A DNA stretch of 64,000 bases from an uncultured Gammaproteobacteria bacterium (lineage in GTDB: Bacteria > Patescibacteriota > Microgenomatia > Levybacterales > UBA12049): NCBI GenBank assembly GCA_964416505.1, contig CAYQEJ010000006.1, forward strand, positions 13,827 to 77,826. Direction: 5' to 3'. A model generated the notes under the pieces. It was given only the letters and a program-made list of their open reading frames with translations, did no database searches and was not told where the DNA came from. Below, piece by piece: positions 1 to 9,485 of the stretch; positions within the stretch are counted from its first letter, which is position 1, and the number at the start of each line of letters is the position of its first letter. The translations under genes and the position numbers were made by a program.

Positions 1-65
1 GCAATAGTTTTGCGAAAAAAATCTTCGGCTTTTTGCAAGATTCTTCTCTTTTGTTCATCATTCAT
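1..65 (-). CDS. 5' fragment of a CDS running off the window, possibly a PmeII-family type II restriction endonuclease
   Basis: Manual translation MNDEQKRRILQKAEDFFRKTIA; TATAAT 9 nt upstream of the ATG; N-terminus recalls PmeII-like REases, but only 22 aa are visible. Confidence 0.4.
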   Translation of the reverse strand, partial: MNDEQKRRILQKAEDFFRKTI

Positions 66-142
66 ATTTTGCATTATACTGCTTGGGAGGCTGGGAAGGA
101 AATAAGCAATTAAATATTTCCAAAAGATATAGTTTGATCGAA

Positions 143-171
143 TTGACTTTTAACTCCCCAAGTTTTAAAGT
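143..171 (+). promoter_or_regulatory. sigma70-type promoter upstream of the candidate ncRNA
   Basis: TTGACT (143-148), 17 nt spacer, TAAAGT (166-171). Confidence 0.5.
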
Positions 172-177
172 TTATAA

Positions 178-483
178 ACTCCGAATAGAGTCAAAATAGA
201 TTGATTCGATAGGCTAAAACTCTCGGGTTTTAACTTAAAAATGAAAATCTATAGAGATTCTCAAGCGCATTCAGGATAATTTGTTTGGAGAAACCCTATG
301 GCAGGACAAACAAATGGCAGCACCGCTAAGGAGTTCCTCTTCTGGGGATAAGTGCTGTCTGCTATGACAGAAGAATGAGATGATTCTTCAAAATTCCGAA
401 GAATTCTAGGGATTTTGATGGTGGCAGGAATGCAATCAGGGAAAGAGAGTGAATAGGCATCTACCTACGATCTCTCTTTTTTT
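178..483 (+). ncRNA. candidate structured non-coding RNA, family unknown
   Basis: Nested and abutting helices: 202-206/434-438, 215-221/226-232, 242-250/255-263, 267-272/428-433, 279-287/307-315, 316-323/352-359, 360-365/421-426, 370-376/383-389, 390-397/409-416; G-U pairs favour the + strand; flanked by a promoter and a terminator. Confidence 0.65.
441..483 (+). terminator. intrinsic terminator, possibly bidirectional
   Basis: GAAAGAGAG (441-449) pairs with CTCTCTTTT (472-480); inner TAGG/CCTA stem; T7 run at 477-483. Confidence 0.6.
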
Positions 484-709
484 ATTCTGAAAGAGGCCTT
501 TGAGACTGCGCATTAAGCTCTCCAACTAATTTACCTATTTGAAATTCCTGTAAAACTATTACCTGTCTTAAATTAATACATTCATGACAACTCGTAGCAG
601 GTCTACCTCTATGCCTATTTGTTACATGCGCCCCAAATTGCCCCCATGTAGTTTTAAGTTCGTGCCTCAAGACTTCAAGCTGGTTACCGATACTTTCTCC
701 ATTTTCCAT
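482..709 (-). CDS. hypothetical protein (75 aa)
   Basis: ORF with TAGAAT 7 nt upstream; one CxxC; no family recognised. Confidence 0.55.
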   Translation of the reverse strand: MENGESIGNQLEVLRHELKTTWGQFGAHVTNRHRGRPATSCHECINLRQVIVLQEFQIGKLVGELNAQSQRPLSE

Positions 710-752
710 CCGGGTATTCTACCATAAATAGCCTCAAAAATAAACTATAGGA

Positions 753-1307
753 TTATGGATTTGGTGTTGGGGACTCAGCTGGACTCACAGCTGGATCAGG
801 GCTTGGAGATGGAGCTTCTTTAGAAGCTATATCTAGAAGTTCTATTTGAAAAATAAGAGGTGTATTTGGAGGAATCACGCTTCCCTGACCTGTAGCACCA
901 TAACCTAAATCGGATGGAATCGCCACTTGTCTTTTCCCTCCAATTTTCATACCCAAAACTCCCTGATCAAATCCCGGAATGACCTGCCCTGCTCCTACCT
1001 GAAAAGTAAATGGCTGTCCTCTCTGATATGAATTATCAAAAGCTTTACCATCTAAAAATGCGCCGATGTAATTAACTGTTATAGTATCTCCTGCCGCAAC
1101 TGAAGCCGAAGATGAACCTACATTTAAATCCTGCATTTGAAGCTGAGTGAGCACGGGACTAGGAGTCACATTCGCATTTTTCCTAAAACCAAGACCTGTC
1201 AAATCTTCTCCCATTTTTGGAGTTTTTGAAGACTGAAAAACCAGTAAAACCATAAGAAGAATTAAAAGCCCAAATCCACCAATTCCAATTAAATACTTAT
1301 TGTCCAC
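753..1307 (-). CDS. membrane-anchored FKBP-type peptidyl-prolyl isomerase
   Basis: VNYIGAFLDGKAFDNS, VIPGFDQGVLGMKIGGKR, IPPNTPLIFQIELL; N-terminal TM; GTG start. Confidence 0.95.
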   Translation of the reverse strand: MDNKYLIGIGGFGLLILLMVLLVFQSSKTPKMGEDLTGLGFRKNANVTPSPVLTQLQMQDLNVGSSSASVAAGDTITVNYIGAFLDGKAFDNSYQRGQPFTFQVGAGQVIPGFDQGVLGMKIGGKRQVAIPSDLGYGATGQGSVIPPNTPLIFQIELLDIASKEAPSPSPDPAVSPAESPTPNP

Positions 1308-1340
1308 GGGGGCTATTATAGCAAACTAAACAAGAGGAGT

Positions 1341-1583
1341 TTATTGTGTTCTTGCAACTTTTGCGAGTCTGATCTTTTCTTTCTTCATAGCTTCATCAGC
1401 TGCAACTTTTTCAAAAGCCTTCTGACATTCTTTATTTGTACATACTACAAGCGTATGTTGAAGAGTCATAAAACCACTATCATTTTTAATTTTTTCAGTC
1501 CACGTTTTTTTAACGATTCTTTTGGAACCGCATCTGTCACATTTTTTATCGACTGATTCAATTGGATTTCCAATTTTTGGCAT
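1341..1583 (-). CDS. small zinc-ribbon-like protein
   Basis: CDRC...CTNKEC followed by a charged helix. Confidence 0.7.
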   Translation of the reverse strand: MPKIGNPIESVDKKCDRCGSKRIVKKTWTEKIKNDSGFMTLQHTLVVCTNKECQKAFEKVAADEAMKKEKIRLAKVARTQ

Positions 1584-1664
1584 ATTTATTATTGAGTTAA
1601 GAATGAGGAAATAACTCTAGGATCAGTATAGCAGATTTCGCCTCAGAAACCTAATTTTAGATTC

Positions 1665-1673
1665 TGGTATAAT
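1665..1673 (+). promoter_or_regulatory. extended -10 promoter, near-leaderless alaS
   Basis: TGGTATAAT 6 nt before ATG 1680; no SD. Confidence 0.6.
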
Positions 1674-1679
1674 CTAGCC

Positions 1680-3479
1680 ATGAGCGCGAAGCAAATTATT
1701 GATATTTATATTAGTTTTTTTGAAAAAAGAGGACATAAAAGAATTCCTAATTCTCCGCTTATTCCTGAAAATGATCCGACCACGCTTTTTACGAGCTCAG
1801 GAATGCAACCTTTAGTGCCATATCTCTTGGGAGAAACCCATCCGCAGGGAAATCGCTTAGTAGATGTGCAGAATTGCTTCCGCGCAGTAGACATAGATGA
1901 AGTAGGAGACAATAGACATACTACATTTTTTAGAATGCTCGGAAACTGGAGTCTGGGAGATTATTTCAAGAAAGAGCAACTTCCATGGTTTTGGGAATTC
2001 CTAACTAAAGAGCTGAGGATTGATCCAAAAAAACTTTTTGTAACTGTTTTAGAAAGTCCGGAACTTAATCAAACAGATGAAGAGTCAATTCAGATCTGGA
2101 ATGAAATTTTTAACATAGAAGGGTTAAATCGTGGGGATAGAATTCACAAGTATAACGTTGATAAAAACTGGTGGTCAAGATCAGGTACTCCAGATAAAAT
2201 GCCAGTGGGCGAACCAGGCGGCCCAGACTCAGAGGTTTTTTATGATTTTGGAACTCCCCACGATAAAAGATTTGGAGACATGTGCCATCCTAACTGTGAC
2301 TGCGGAAGATTTATAGAAATTGGAAATTCTGTTTTCATGCAATACATAAAAACAGAAGAAGGATTCAATGAGCTTCCTAAAAAAAATGTAGATTTTGGTG
2401 CCGGAGTTGAAAGACTTCTTATGGCCGTAGAAAATCAATCAGATATTTTTAAAACTTCTCTTTTCGCGCCAATCATAAAATCCATAGAAGAATTAACTAA
2501 TAAAAAATATGAAGAAAATTCCAGAGAAATGAGAATCATAGCTGATCATTTAACCGCCTCAGTCTTCTTAAGTAACAGCGGTGTAATCCCAAGCAACAAA
2601 GATCAAGGTTATATTTTGCGCCGCGTTATAAGGAGAAGCACGGATAATTTAAATGTACTAGGAAGCGAGAATCTAGAACCTATAATTAAAGCAATTGTGG
2701 ATCAATATTCTTCTACTGATGAAGCGCTAAATACTAAATTTGATGAAATTAAATCTTTAATCCTTAAAGAATCAACATCTTATAAAAAAACTTTAAATGA
2801 AGCAAAGAAGCTAATTGAAAAAGAGCTTACCAAATCTGGTGGAGATAAAAAAATATCTTCAGACTTAGCATTTAAAGCCATGTCTTCCTACGGCCTCTCT
2901 CCAACTCAGCTCAAAAATCTAGGATATGAATTTAACGAGATAGAGCTCGCAGACTTAATCGATAAGCACGTTGAAATTTCCCGTGCTGGAGCGACCAAGA
3001 AATTCGCAGGAGGACTTGCGGATCATTCGGAACAAACTGTAAGAGGACACACTGCGACTCATCTTATGCATCAGGCAATTCGCGATATGCTAGGAACATA
3101 TGTTCATCAGTCAGGATCAAATATTACAAGTGAGAGAGTAAGATTTGATTTTAACTTTGATAGAAACTTAACTGATGAAGAAATTAAGCAGCTTGAAGAA
3201 AAAGTAAACGAAAAAATAAAAGAAAATCTTCCTGTTTATTTCGAGTTTATGCCTTTAGAAAAAGCTAAAGAAATAGGAGCAATTGGTCTTTTTGATGAAA
3301 AATATTCTGATAAAGTAAAAATTTATCTAATTGGAGACAAAGATCCTAGGAAAGCTTACTCTAAAGAATTTTGCGGAGGACCTCATGTAAACTTTACCTC
3401 TGACATAAAATCGTTTAAGATAATAAAGCAGGAAAATATTGGAAATGGCCTGCGTCGCCTATACGTTACGGTAGGCTAG
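1680..3479 (+). CDS. alaS: alanine--tRNA ligase, short form without C-Ala domain
   Basis: DPTTLFTSSGMQP, HTTFFRMLGNWSLGDYFK, editing motifs HTATHL and EFCGGPHV. Confidence 0.97.
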   Translation: MSAKQIIDIYISFFEKRGHKRIPNSPLIPENDPTTLFTSSGMQPLVPYLLGETHPQGNRLVDVQNCFRAVDIDEVGDNRHTTFFRMLGNWSLGDYFKKEQLPWFWEFLTKELRIDPKKLFVTVLESPELNQTDEESIQIWNEIFNIEGLNRGDRIHKYNVDKNWWSRSGTPDKMPVGEPGGPDSEVFYDFGTPHDKRFGDMCHPNCDCGRFIEIGNSVFMQYIKTEEGFNELPKKNVDFGAGVERLLMAVENQSDIFKTSLFAPIIKSIEELTNKKYEENSREMRIIADHLTASVFLSNSGVIPSNKDQGYILRRVIRRSTDNLNVLGSENLEPIIKAIVDQYSSTDEALNTKFDEIKSLILKESTSYKKTLNEAKKLIEKELTKSGGDKKISSDLAFKAMSSYGLSPTQLKNLGYEFNEIELADLIDKHVEISRAGATKKFAGGLADHSEQTVRGHTATHLMHQAIRDMLGTYVHQSGSNITSERVRFDFNFDRNLTDEEIKQLEEKVNEKIKENLPVYFEFMPLEKAKEIGAIGLFDEKYSDKVKIYLIGDKDPRKAYSKEFCGGPHVNFTSDIKSFKIIKQENIGNGLRRLYVTVG

Positions 3480-3485
3480 TTCTCT

Positions 3486-5786
3486 ATGAAATTACCAAAT
3501 CTGCCCTTTTTGGAGAAAAAGAATAACTCAGAGTATTTCCTCTCATTGGTACTTCGCGATGAAAAAGCTAGCGCTGTAGTTTTTCATGAAATAAATGGAA
3601 AAATTAACGTGGTAGGAGAACACGTAGAAAATTTCAAAACTTCTATAGAAGACGCCACAGAAGATGAACTATTAGAAATAATCGATAAGGCAGTCTCAAC
3701 TGCTGAAAAAAGTCTTCCCCCAAATGTTCAGAGTCAAAAAACAATTTTTGGTGTAAAAGAAGATTGGATTGAAAATGGAAAGATAAAACCTCAATATCTT
3801 TCAAAACTTAAAAAAGTAAGCGATGAACTGGATTTTAAACCAATGGGATTTTTGGTAATTCCAGAAGCTATTGCGCATTTGCTGGCTAAGGAAGAAGGTG
3901 CTCCTATTAGCGCAATCCTAGCTGAAGTAGGACATAAATCTACAAGCGTCTCAATAATAAGAGCTGGAAAGTTGATAGAAACAAAAAATGGACCGATTTC
4001 TGATTCCATGGTAGAAAGCGTAGAGAATTTAATAAAACAATTTACCATAGAAACCTTACCAGCAAGAATTATCTTATTTGATGGAGGACGTGAAGATATT
4101 CAACAAAAATTTATTTCACATAAGTGGAGCAGAGAACTTCCCTTCCTACATCTTCCCCAAGTAAGCGCACTCCCAGCGAATTTTGACGCAAGAGCGGTAC
4201 TTTCCGGGGCTGCAACTCAAATGGGATTTGATGTTTTCGAAGCTTCAGTTACGAAAGCTGAAAAAATCGATAAAGGAGAGGTTCCTGAAATGGAAAAGCC
4301 GATAAAAGAAGAGGAAGATAAAACCCTAGGCGAAGCAGCGACTGAGTTTGGTTTTGTTGGCGGAGACATAAAAGACGAAGAGAAACCAGACGAAAAGATT
4401 GAAGAAGATGAAGAAATTGAAACGCTAGAATCAAACGAGCCAAAGATTAATGAAAAAATGCACATGGATGAAAAACCAAAAACAGCTGTTATGGATAACA
4501 TTTCCCCTGCCGATCAGTTTAGGGAAATTCCAGATGAAATAAAATTAAATAATGCTGATAAAAAACCTCTTCCAATTAATGCATCATTTATATCTATTGG
4601 CATTTTAAATTTTGTTAAAAAAATTCACATAGGAAAATTTGTTAAAGGCGCCAATAGCTCCAGGAAAAAACTTTTAATTGGCATAATTCCATTAGCTATC
4701 TTACTTTTAATTCTCTATTTATATCTTTTTGGGAGAAGCGCTACTGTAACTCTGGGTATTAATGGGCAGGAAAAAGAAAAAGAAGTAGATGTAACTTTTT
4801 CTCAAAGTGAATCTACTAATGCCTCTGAAGACATAATAAATTCAAATTTCATTACAGTTACGGAGGATGGGAAAAAATCTATCCCAACAACCGGTAAAAA
4901 AGAAGTTGGAGATAAAGCAAAGGGAGTGGTAACAATGTTTAACAGCAACTCAAATGGCGTAACTCTCCCAGCCGGAACAATAATTACTTCTTCAAATGAC
5001 CTCAAATTCTCAACTGATAAAGCTGTTACAATAGCTTCTTCCTCTGGAGATATTTTTTCAGGAACAGAACCTGGAAAAGCTGATGTTCCTGTTACTGCAG
5101 AAAAATTTGGAACTAACTATAATCTCCCAAGCAATACTAAATTTAGCGTAGAAGGAAGTTCTTCTATAGCTGCAAAAAATGATAAAGCATTTTCTGGTGG
5201 AACTAAAAAAGAAATTAAAGTTGTCGCTAAAAAAGATTTAGAAAAATTAGCAACCGACCTTCAAAAACAATTAGAATCAAGCGCCCAAGATGATCTGAAA
5301 AAACAGGCAGATAATGATTCAACTATTCTTCCAAATTTCATTACAGTTGAGTTTGATAAAAAAAGCTATTCTAAGGATGTAGATGATGAAGCGACTGAAG
5401 TAAGTCTTACTGCAAGTATAAATTATATTGGTGTTACGTATAAGAATGAAGATATTTTAGCTTTCGCAAAAGACAAATTAGAAGATGGAAGCGATCTAGA
5501 AGTTGATAAAGATAGCGTGGAAACAAGCGCTACCAATATTAAGAGCAAAGGAAAATCTGCAACAGGAAATCTCAAAATTAAAGCAAGACTTGTACCAAAA
5601 CTTGATCAAAAAACTCTCATAAAAGAAATAAAAGGTAAATCTACCAAAGAAGCTACTAGAAAACTAAATGAAATCGATGAGGTAAATAAGGTAGATATTA
5701 AAATTTTTCCACCAATTCCATTTCTACCAAATCGTCTTCCCTTCACCTCAGGGAAAATAAAAATTTCAACGGAGAAAAATGGCTAA
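3486..5786 (+). CDS. bitopic protein: actin-like (FtsA/PilM-type) N-domain, acidic linker, TM, baseplate-J/gp47-like outer domain
   Basis: TM LLIGIIPLAILLLILYLYLF; KAKGVVTMFN...TLPAGTII...F.TD..VTI...VTAEKFGTNYN...FSGG pattern. Confidence 0.65.
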   Translation: MKLPNLPFLEKKNNSEYFLSLVLRDEKASAVVFHEINGKINVVGEHVENFKTSIEDATEDELLEIIDKAVSTAEKSLPPNVQSQKTIFGVKEDWIENGKIKPQYLSKLKKVSDELDFKPMGFLVIPEAIAHLLAKEEGAPISAILAEVGHKSTSVSIIRAGKLIETKNGPISDSMVESVENLIKQFTIETLPARIILFDGGREDIQQKFISHKWSRELPFLHLPQVSALPANFDARAVLSGAATQMGFDVFEASVTKAEKIDKGEVPEMEKPIKEEEDKTLGEAATEFGFVGGDIKDEEKPDEKIEEDEEIETLESNEPKINEKMHMDEKPKTAVMDNISPADQFREIPDEIKLNNADKKPLPINASFISIGILNFVKKIHIGKFVKGANSSRKKLLIGIIPLAILLLILYLYLFGRSATVTLGINGQEKEKEVDVTFSQSESTNASEDIINSNFITVTEDGKKSIPTTGKKEVGDKAKGVVTMFNSNSNGVTLPAGTIITSSNDLKFSTDKAVTIASSSGDIFSGTEPGKADVPVTAEKFGTNYNLPSNTKFSVEGSSSIAAKNDKAFSGGTKKEIKVVAKKDLEKLATDLQKQLESSAQDDLKKQADNDSTILPNFITVEFDKKSYSKDVDDEATEVSLTASINYIGVTYKNEDILAFAKDKLEDGSDLEVDKDSVETSATNIKSKGKSATGNLKIKARLVPKLDQKTLIKEIKGKSTKEATRKLNEIDEVNKVDIKIFPPIPFLPNRLPFTSGKIKISTEKNG

Positions 5787-6492
5787 ATATTATCAAAAAG
5801 GAAAGAAAATAAATTATAAGATTTTTCTTAAATTAATAAGTGTAATTATTTTAATTTTTGGAGGAATTTTATTTGCATACACTTTTTTCCCATTAATCTC
5901 ATGGAAAATATATTTTGCTCCCGCATTTGCCTCTCAAAAAATTCAAACTCCTATCCCAAATCAGACAGTTATAAATCCTTCTAATATTGGCACTCTTATT
6001 GCAAATGCCACCAATTCACTAAATACGGATTATACAAATGCCTACAACTGGTACCCCGGTGCACTTCAAAAATCGAATAACATAGCTACATATAAAATCT
6101 CATTTCCAAAAATTGGCATAACGGACGCAATAGTTTCCAATGAAGATGCTGATCTTTCGAAACATTTAGTGCAATTTAATTCCGATACTCTCCCAGGAAA
6201 GGATGGAAATTCAGTTATATTTGGACACTCTACTCTTCCTCAACTTTATGATCCCAAAAATTACAAAACTATTTTTGCGAATGCATACAAATTAGAAGTG
6301 GGAGATCAAATTATTACAGAGGTTAATGGAATAAAAAATAATTATAAAATTGTAAACATAACTGTAGTGGAACCTACCGACACTTCTCCTCTCGCACAAA
6401 ACTTTACAGACAGTTTTTTAACTATAATTACATGCACGCCACCTGGTACAATTTGGAAAAGACTAATCATAAGAGCAAGAATTGAGAAATAA
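5779..6492 (+). CDS. sortase
   Basis: N-terminal TM; catalytic triad IFGHS, IITCTPPG, KRLIIRA. Confidence 0.92.
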   Translation: MAKYYQKGKKINYKIFLKLISVIILIFGGILFAYTFFPLISWKIYFAPAFASQKIQTPIPNQTVINPSNIGTLIANATNSLNTDYTNAYNWYPGALQKSNNIATYKISFPKIGITDAIVSNEDADLSKHLVQFNSDTLPGKDGNSVIFGHSTLPQLYDPKNYKTIFANAYKLEVGDQIITEVNGIKNNYKIVNITVVEPTDTSPLAQNFTDSFLTIITCTPPGTIWKRLIIRARIEK

Positions 6493-6632
6493 TGGAAAGA
6501 ACAGGTATAAAAAGAATTTTAGTAAATATATGGCCTACGATTTATCGAATAGTAAATAATACTTTTTATTTTTTTATTAATTTTTTTAAAAATTTAATAA
6601 ACTTAATGTTAAACCAAATTAAAAATGGATGA
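6492..6632 (+). CDS. 46-aa small protein absent from the ORF track
   Basis: MERTGIKRILVNIWPTIYRIVNNTFYFFINFFKNLINLMLNQIKNG; TAATG overlap with the sortase stop and overlap with the next start; fills the gap exactly. Confidence 0.7.
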   Translation: MERTGIKRILVNIWPTIYRIVNNTFYFFINFFKNLINLMLNQIKNG

Positions 6633-7899
6633 AAAAGAACAAGCTATAGCAGCTATCAGAAAAAAACTTGTTGGCAAAAACTTAACCTATAAAGAGATCT
6701 ATGCAATTATGGATCAGATCTCCCAAAACAAATTAGGAGATATTCTCACTACTTATTTCGCTGCCTCTGGTTTTTCAAAAGGTTTTTCAGATGATGAAAT
6801 TTATTATCTTACAAAAGCCATGGTAGAAACAGGACAACAATTAAAATTCTCAGGAATAGTTGCAGATAAACATTCCATTGGGGGAATTCCAGGAACGAGG
6901 ACTACTTTGATAGTTATTCCTATTATTGCTTCCGCTGGATTTAAAATTCCCAAAAGCTCATCGCGCGCCATCACCACTCCTTCAGGAACAGCAGATGACA
7001 TGGAAATCTTAGCTCCTGTAAATTTAACAAAAAAGAAAATTTACGATGTAGTTGAAAAAACAAACGCCTGCATAGTTTGGGGAGGAAGCTTCAATATCGC
7101 TCCAGCTGATGACATCATTATAAAAGTAGAAGAAGCACTTCTTTTTGAAAGCTACGACAAAATTCTAATATCAATAATGGCGAAAAAGGTAGCATTTGGA
7201 AGCAATCATGTAGTCATAGACGTTCCATATGGAAAATATGTAAAAGTCCATACGCTTACTGACGCAAAACTTATAAAATCAAAATTCGAAAAATTAGCAA
7301 AAAAATTCAATATAAAAATTGAAGTACTTGTTCATAAAACCGAAGAACCAGCAGGACGCGGAATCGGACCAGCACTTGAAGTAAGAGAGTCACTAAGAGT
7401 TCTTGAACAAGATTCATTAAAAAGCGAGGATCTCGAAGCAAGAAGCATAAATCTAGCAGGAACACTTTTGGAGATCTGTCTTGCAGATTCAAGTCATGAG
7501 CTCCAAAAATCAATTAGAGAAAAGTATAAAAATGGCTTCAACTGGGCGCAAGATATTTTGACCTCAGGACAAGCTCTCGTTAAGATGAAAGAAATAATTA
7601 AAGAACAGGGTGGAAATCCAAACATTAAAAGCTCTGGTATAAAAATAGGCAAACAATCATTCACTCTAAAAGCTTCAAAAAAATGCGAGATTGAAAGTTT
7701 TAATATAAAAAATCTAACTCTTATTTCAAGAATCTTAGGTGCTCCAAATATGAAGGGATCTGGTATATATTTAAACAAAAAAATTGGCGAAAAAATCAAT
7801 GCTGGCGACGTAATCTGTACTTTTTATTCTGATTCTGTGTATAATCTTAAGGAAGGTAAAGAGTCAATTAATAATTTCCCTTTAATAAACTTTAAATGA
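6625..7899 (+). CDS. deoA: AMP/thymidine phosphorylase (archaeal-type AMP phosphorylase clade)
   Basis: DKHSIGGIPG.RTT, IPKSSSRAITTPSGTAD, NIAPADD, GIGPALE. Confidence 0.88.
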   Translation: MDEKEQAIAAIRKKLVGKNLTYKEIYAIMDQISQNKLGDILTTYFAASGFSKGFSDDEIYYLTKAMVETGQQLKFSGIVADKHSIGGIPGTRTTLIVIPIIASAGFKIPKSSSRAITTPSGTADDMEILAPVNLTKKKIYDVVEKTNACIVWGGSFNIAPADDIIIKVEEALLFESYDKILISIMAKKVAFGSNHVVIDVPYGKYVKVHTLTDAKLIKSKFEKLAKKFNIKIEVLVHKTEEPAGRGIGPALEVRESLRVLEQDSLKSEDLEARSINLAGTLLEICLADSSHELQKSIREKYKNGFNWAQDILTSGQALVKMKEIIKEQGGNPNIKSSGIKIGKQSFTLKASKKCEIESFNIKNLTLISRILGAPNMKGSGIYLNKKIGEKINAGDVICTFYSDSVYNLKEGKESINNFPLINFK

Positions 7900-8852
7900 A
7901 GAGAATCTATATAACAGTAGGAATCTTGGCTGTAATTATAGTTATTTCCCTTGGCTGGTGGATTAGAGGAACCTCACCTGCAAATAAAAATGACCAGACC
8001 CCAAAAATATTTATAGTTGAAAAAGGACAAGGTGTAAGAGCAATTGCAAAAAATCTTAAAGATGAAAAACTTATAAAGGATCAAATAGCTTTCTTTTTAC
8101 TCACTAAACAAACTGGATTAGATAACAAAATTCAGGCAGGCAGCTTCAGATTGAACCCTTCCATGAGCGCCCAAGAAATTGCTAAGGCTTTAACTGTTGG
8201 AACTGAAGATGTTTGGATAACAATTCCTGAAGGTCAACGTGCTGGAGAAATTTCTGATGCTCTCGAAAAAGTTATGCCAAACTACGATCCTTCTTGGTAT
8301 AAAAAGCTTGAAGCTAATGAAGGCTATTTATTCCCGGACACATATCTACTCCCAAAAGAGGCTGATATAGATACCGTTATTTCAATAATGACAAATAATT
8401 TTGAGGCAAAATATGAAACTATTGATACTTCAAAGGTCAACCTTACAAAAGCTCAAATAGTAACATTAGCTTCTTTAATTGAGCGGGAAGCAAGACACGA
8501 CGAAGACAGACCCATGGTTTCAAGCGTAATTCATAATAGACTTAATATCGGCATGAAACTTGATATAGATGCAACTCTGCAATACATAAAAGGCTACGAT
8601 AATTCTCAAGAAAAATGGTGGTCATCAAATATAACTAACGCAGATAAAACCTCGAATTCACCCTACAACACCTACAATCACGCAGGTCTTCCTCCAGCTC
8701 CAATCTCAAATCCAGGACTCACAAGCCTTCAGGCTGCAGTAAATCCAGCTAATACAGATTACCTATATTACATAACAGACAAAAATGGAATAAATAGGTA
8801 TGCAGAAACTCTAGATCAACATGAGGCTAACATTTCTCGCTACGGATTATAA
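7896..8852 (+). CDS. mltG: endolytic transglycosylase MltG
   Basis: ITIPEG, EGYLFPDTY, LASLIEREA, SPYNTY...GLPPAPISNPG. Confidence 0.95.
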   Translation: MKRIYITVGILAVIIVISLGWWIRGTSPANKNDQTPKIFIVEKGQGVRAIAKNLKDEKLIKDQIAFFLLTKQTGLDNKIQAGSFRLNPSMSAQEIAKALTVGTEDVWITIPEGQRAGEISDALEKVMPNYDPSWYKKLEANEGYLFPDTYLLPKEADIDTVISIMTNNFEAKYETIDTSKVNLTKAQIVTLASLIEREARHDEDRPMVSSVIHNRLNIGMKLDIDATLQYIKGYDNSQEKWWSSNITNADKTSNSPYNTYNHAGLPPAPISNPGLTSLQAAVNPANTDYLYYITDKNGINRYAETLDQHEANISRYGL

Positions 8853-9155
8853 TTAATTTACTTTTGAAGCTTTGCGGAAAAATCTTTTAGAATTTTTATG
8901 ACCACCTTCATTTAACTCAACATCAATTGATTCTTCAAAATCACCTATTTTTTCTTCTACTTTTTTAAGCTGTACTTTTGCTTCTTTCCTTGCATCATTT
9001 TCAAGCTCTTTTGCTACCTCTGATAGACCAGCCAATCCATCTTCTGTAATTGTTTTCAAAATTTTATTTCCTTTTTTTGTACCTAAAAGAAAAACAGCAG
9101 CTCCGCCAATCAAAGCTCCCAAAAGTACACCATCTGAAAATCTTCCATTTCCCAT
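8853..9155 (-). CDS. YtxH-like small membrane protein
   Basis: GVLLGALIGGAAVFLLGTKKG followed by a charged helix. Confidence 0.7.
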   Translation of the reverse strand: MGNGRFSDGVLLGALIGGAAVFLLGTKKGNKILKTITEDGLAGLSEVAKELENDARKEAKVQLKKVEEKIGDFEESIDVELNEGGHKNSKRFFRKASKVN

Positions 9156-9430
9156 TATTCTTTTTTATCCTCCTTATCATCCGTGACTTTTTTTATAATA
9201 CTTGCAATTGTTCCCCCAGCTTTAAGCCCCATCAGAATGGAAGAAAGACTAGTAATTGGGGCTGAAACACTCTTTGTGATATCTCCTGTATTATCCAAAA
9301 CCTTATTCGCTTTTGAAATAGTTTGACGAAGATCACGTAATATAAAAAACACCTGAATTCCCAACACCAAAAGAAGAACGGTTAAGGCTATTATTACTAT
9401 AAAAAGAAGTATTTGGGCAGGATCTGTCAT
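9155..9430 (-). CDS. DUF948-like membrane/coiled-coil protein
   Basis: N-terminal TM plus LRQTISKANKVLD; usual partner of YtxH; stop/start overlap. Confidence 0.65.
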   Translation of the reverse strand: MTDPAQILLFIVIIALTVLLLVLGIQVFFILRDLRQTISKANKVLDNTGDITKSVSAPITSLSSILMGLKAGGTIASIIKKVTDDKEDKKE

Positions 9431-9485
9431 GGTATTATCTAACTTATAATATCTAGTGAGCTAGTGTCAAGATACACTCACTATA

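Noticed and set aside
178-483. tmRNA, RNase P RNA, 6S, SRP or glycine riboswitch identity for the structured RNA
   Set aside because: No tRNA-like ends, no GAGGAAAGUCC on the structured strand, not a single rod; the GGAGA...CACCG...AAGGAG resemblance is partial and there is no downstream sense gene
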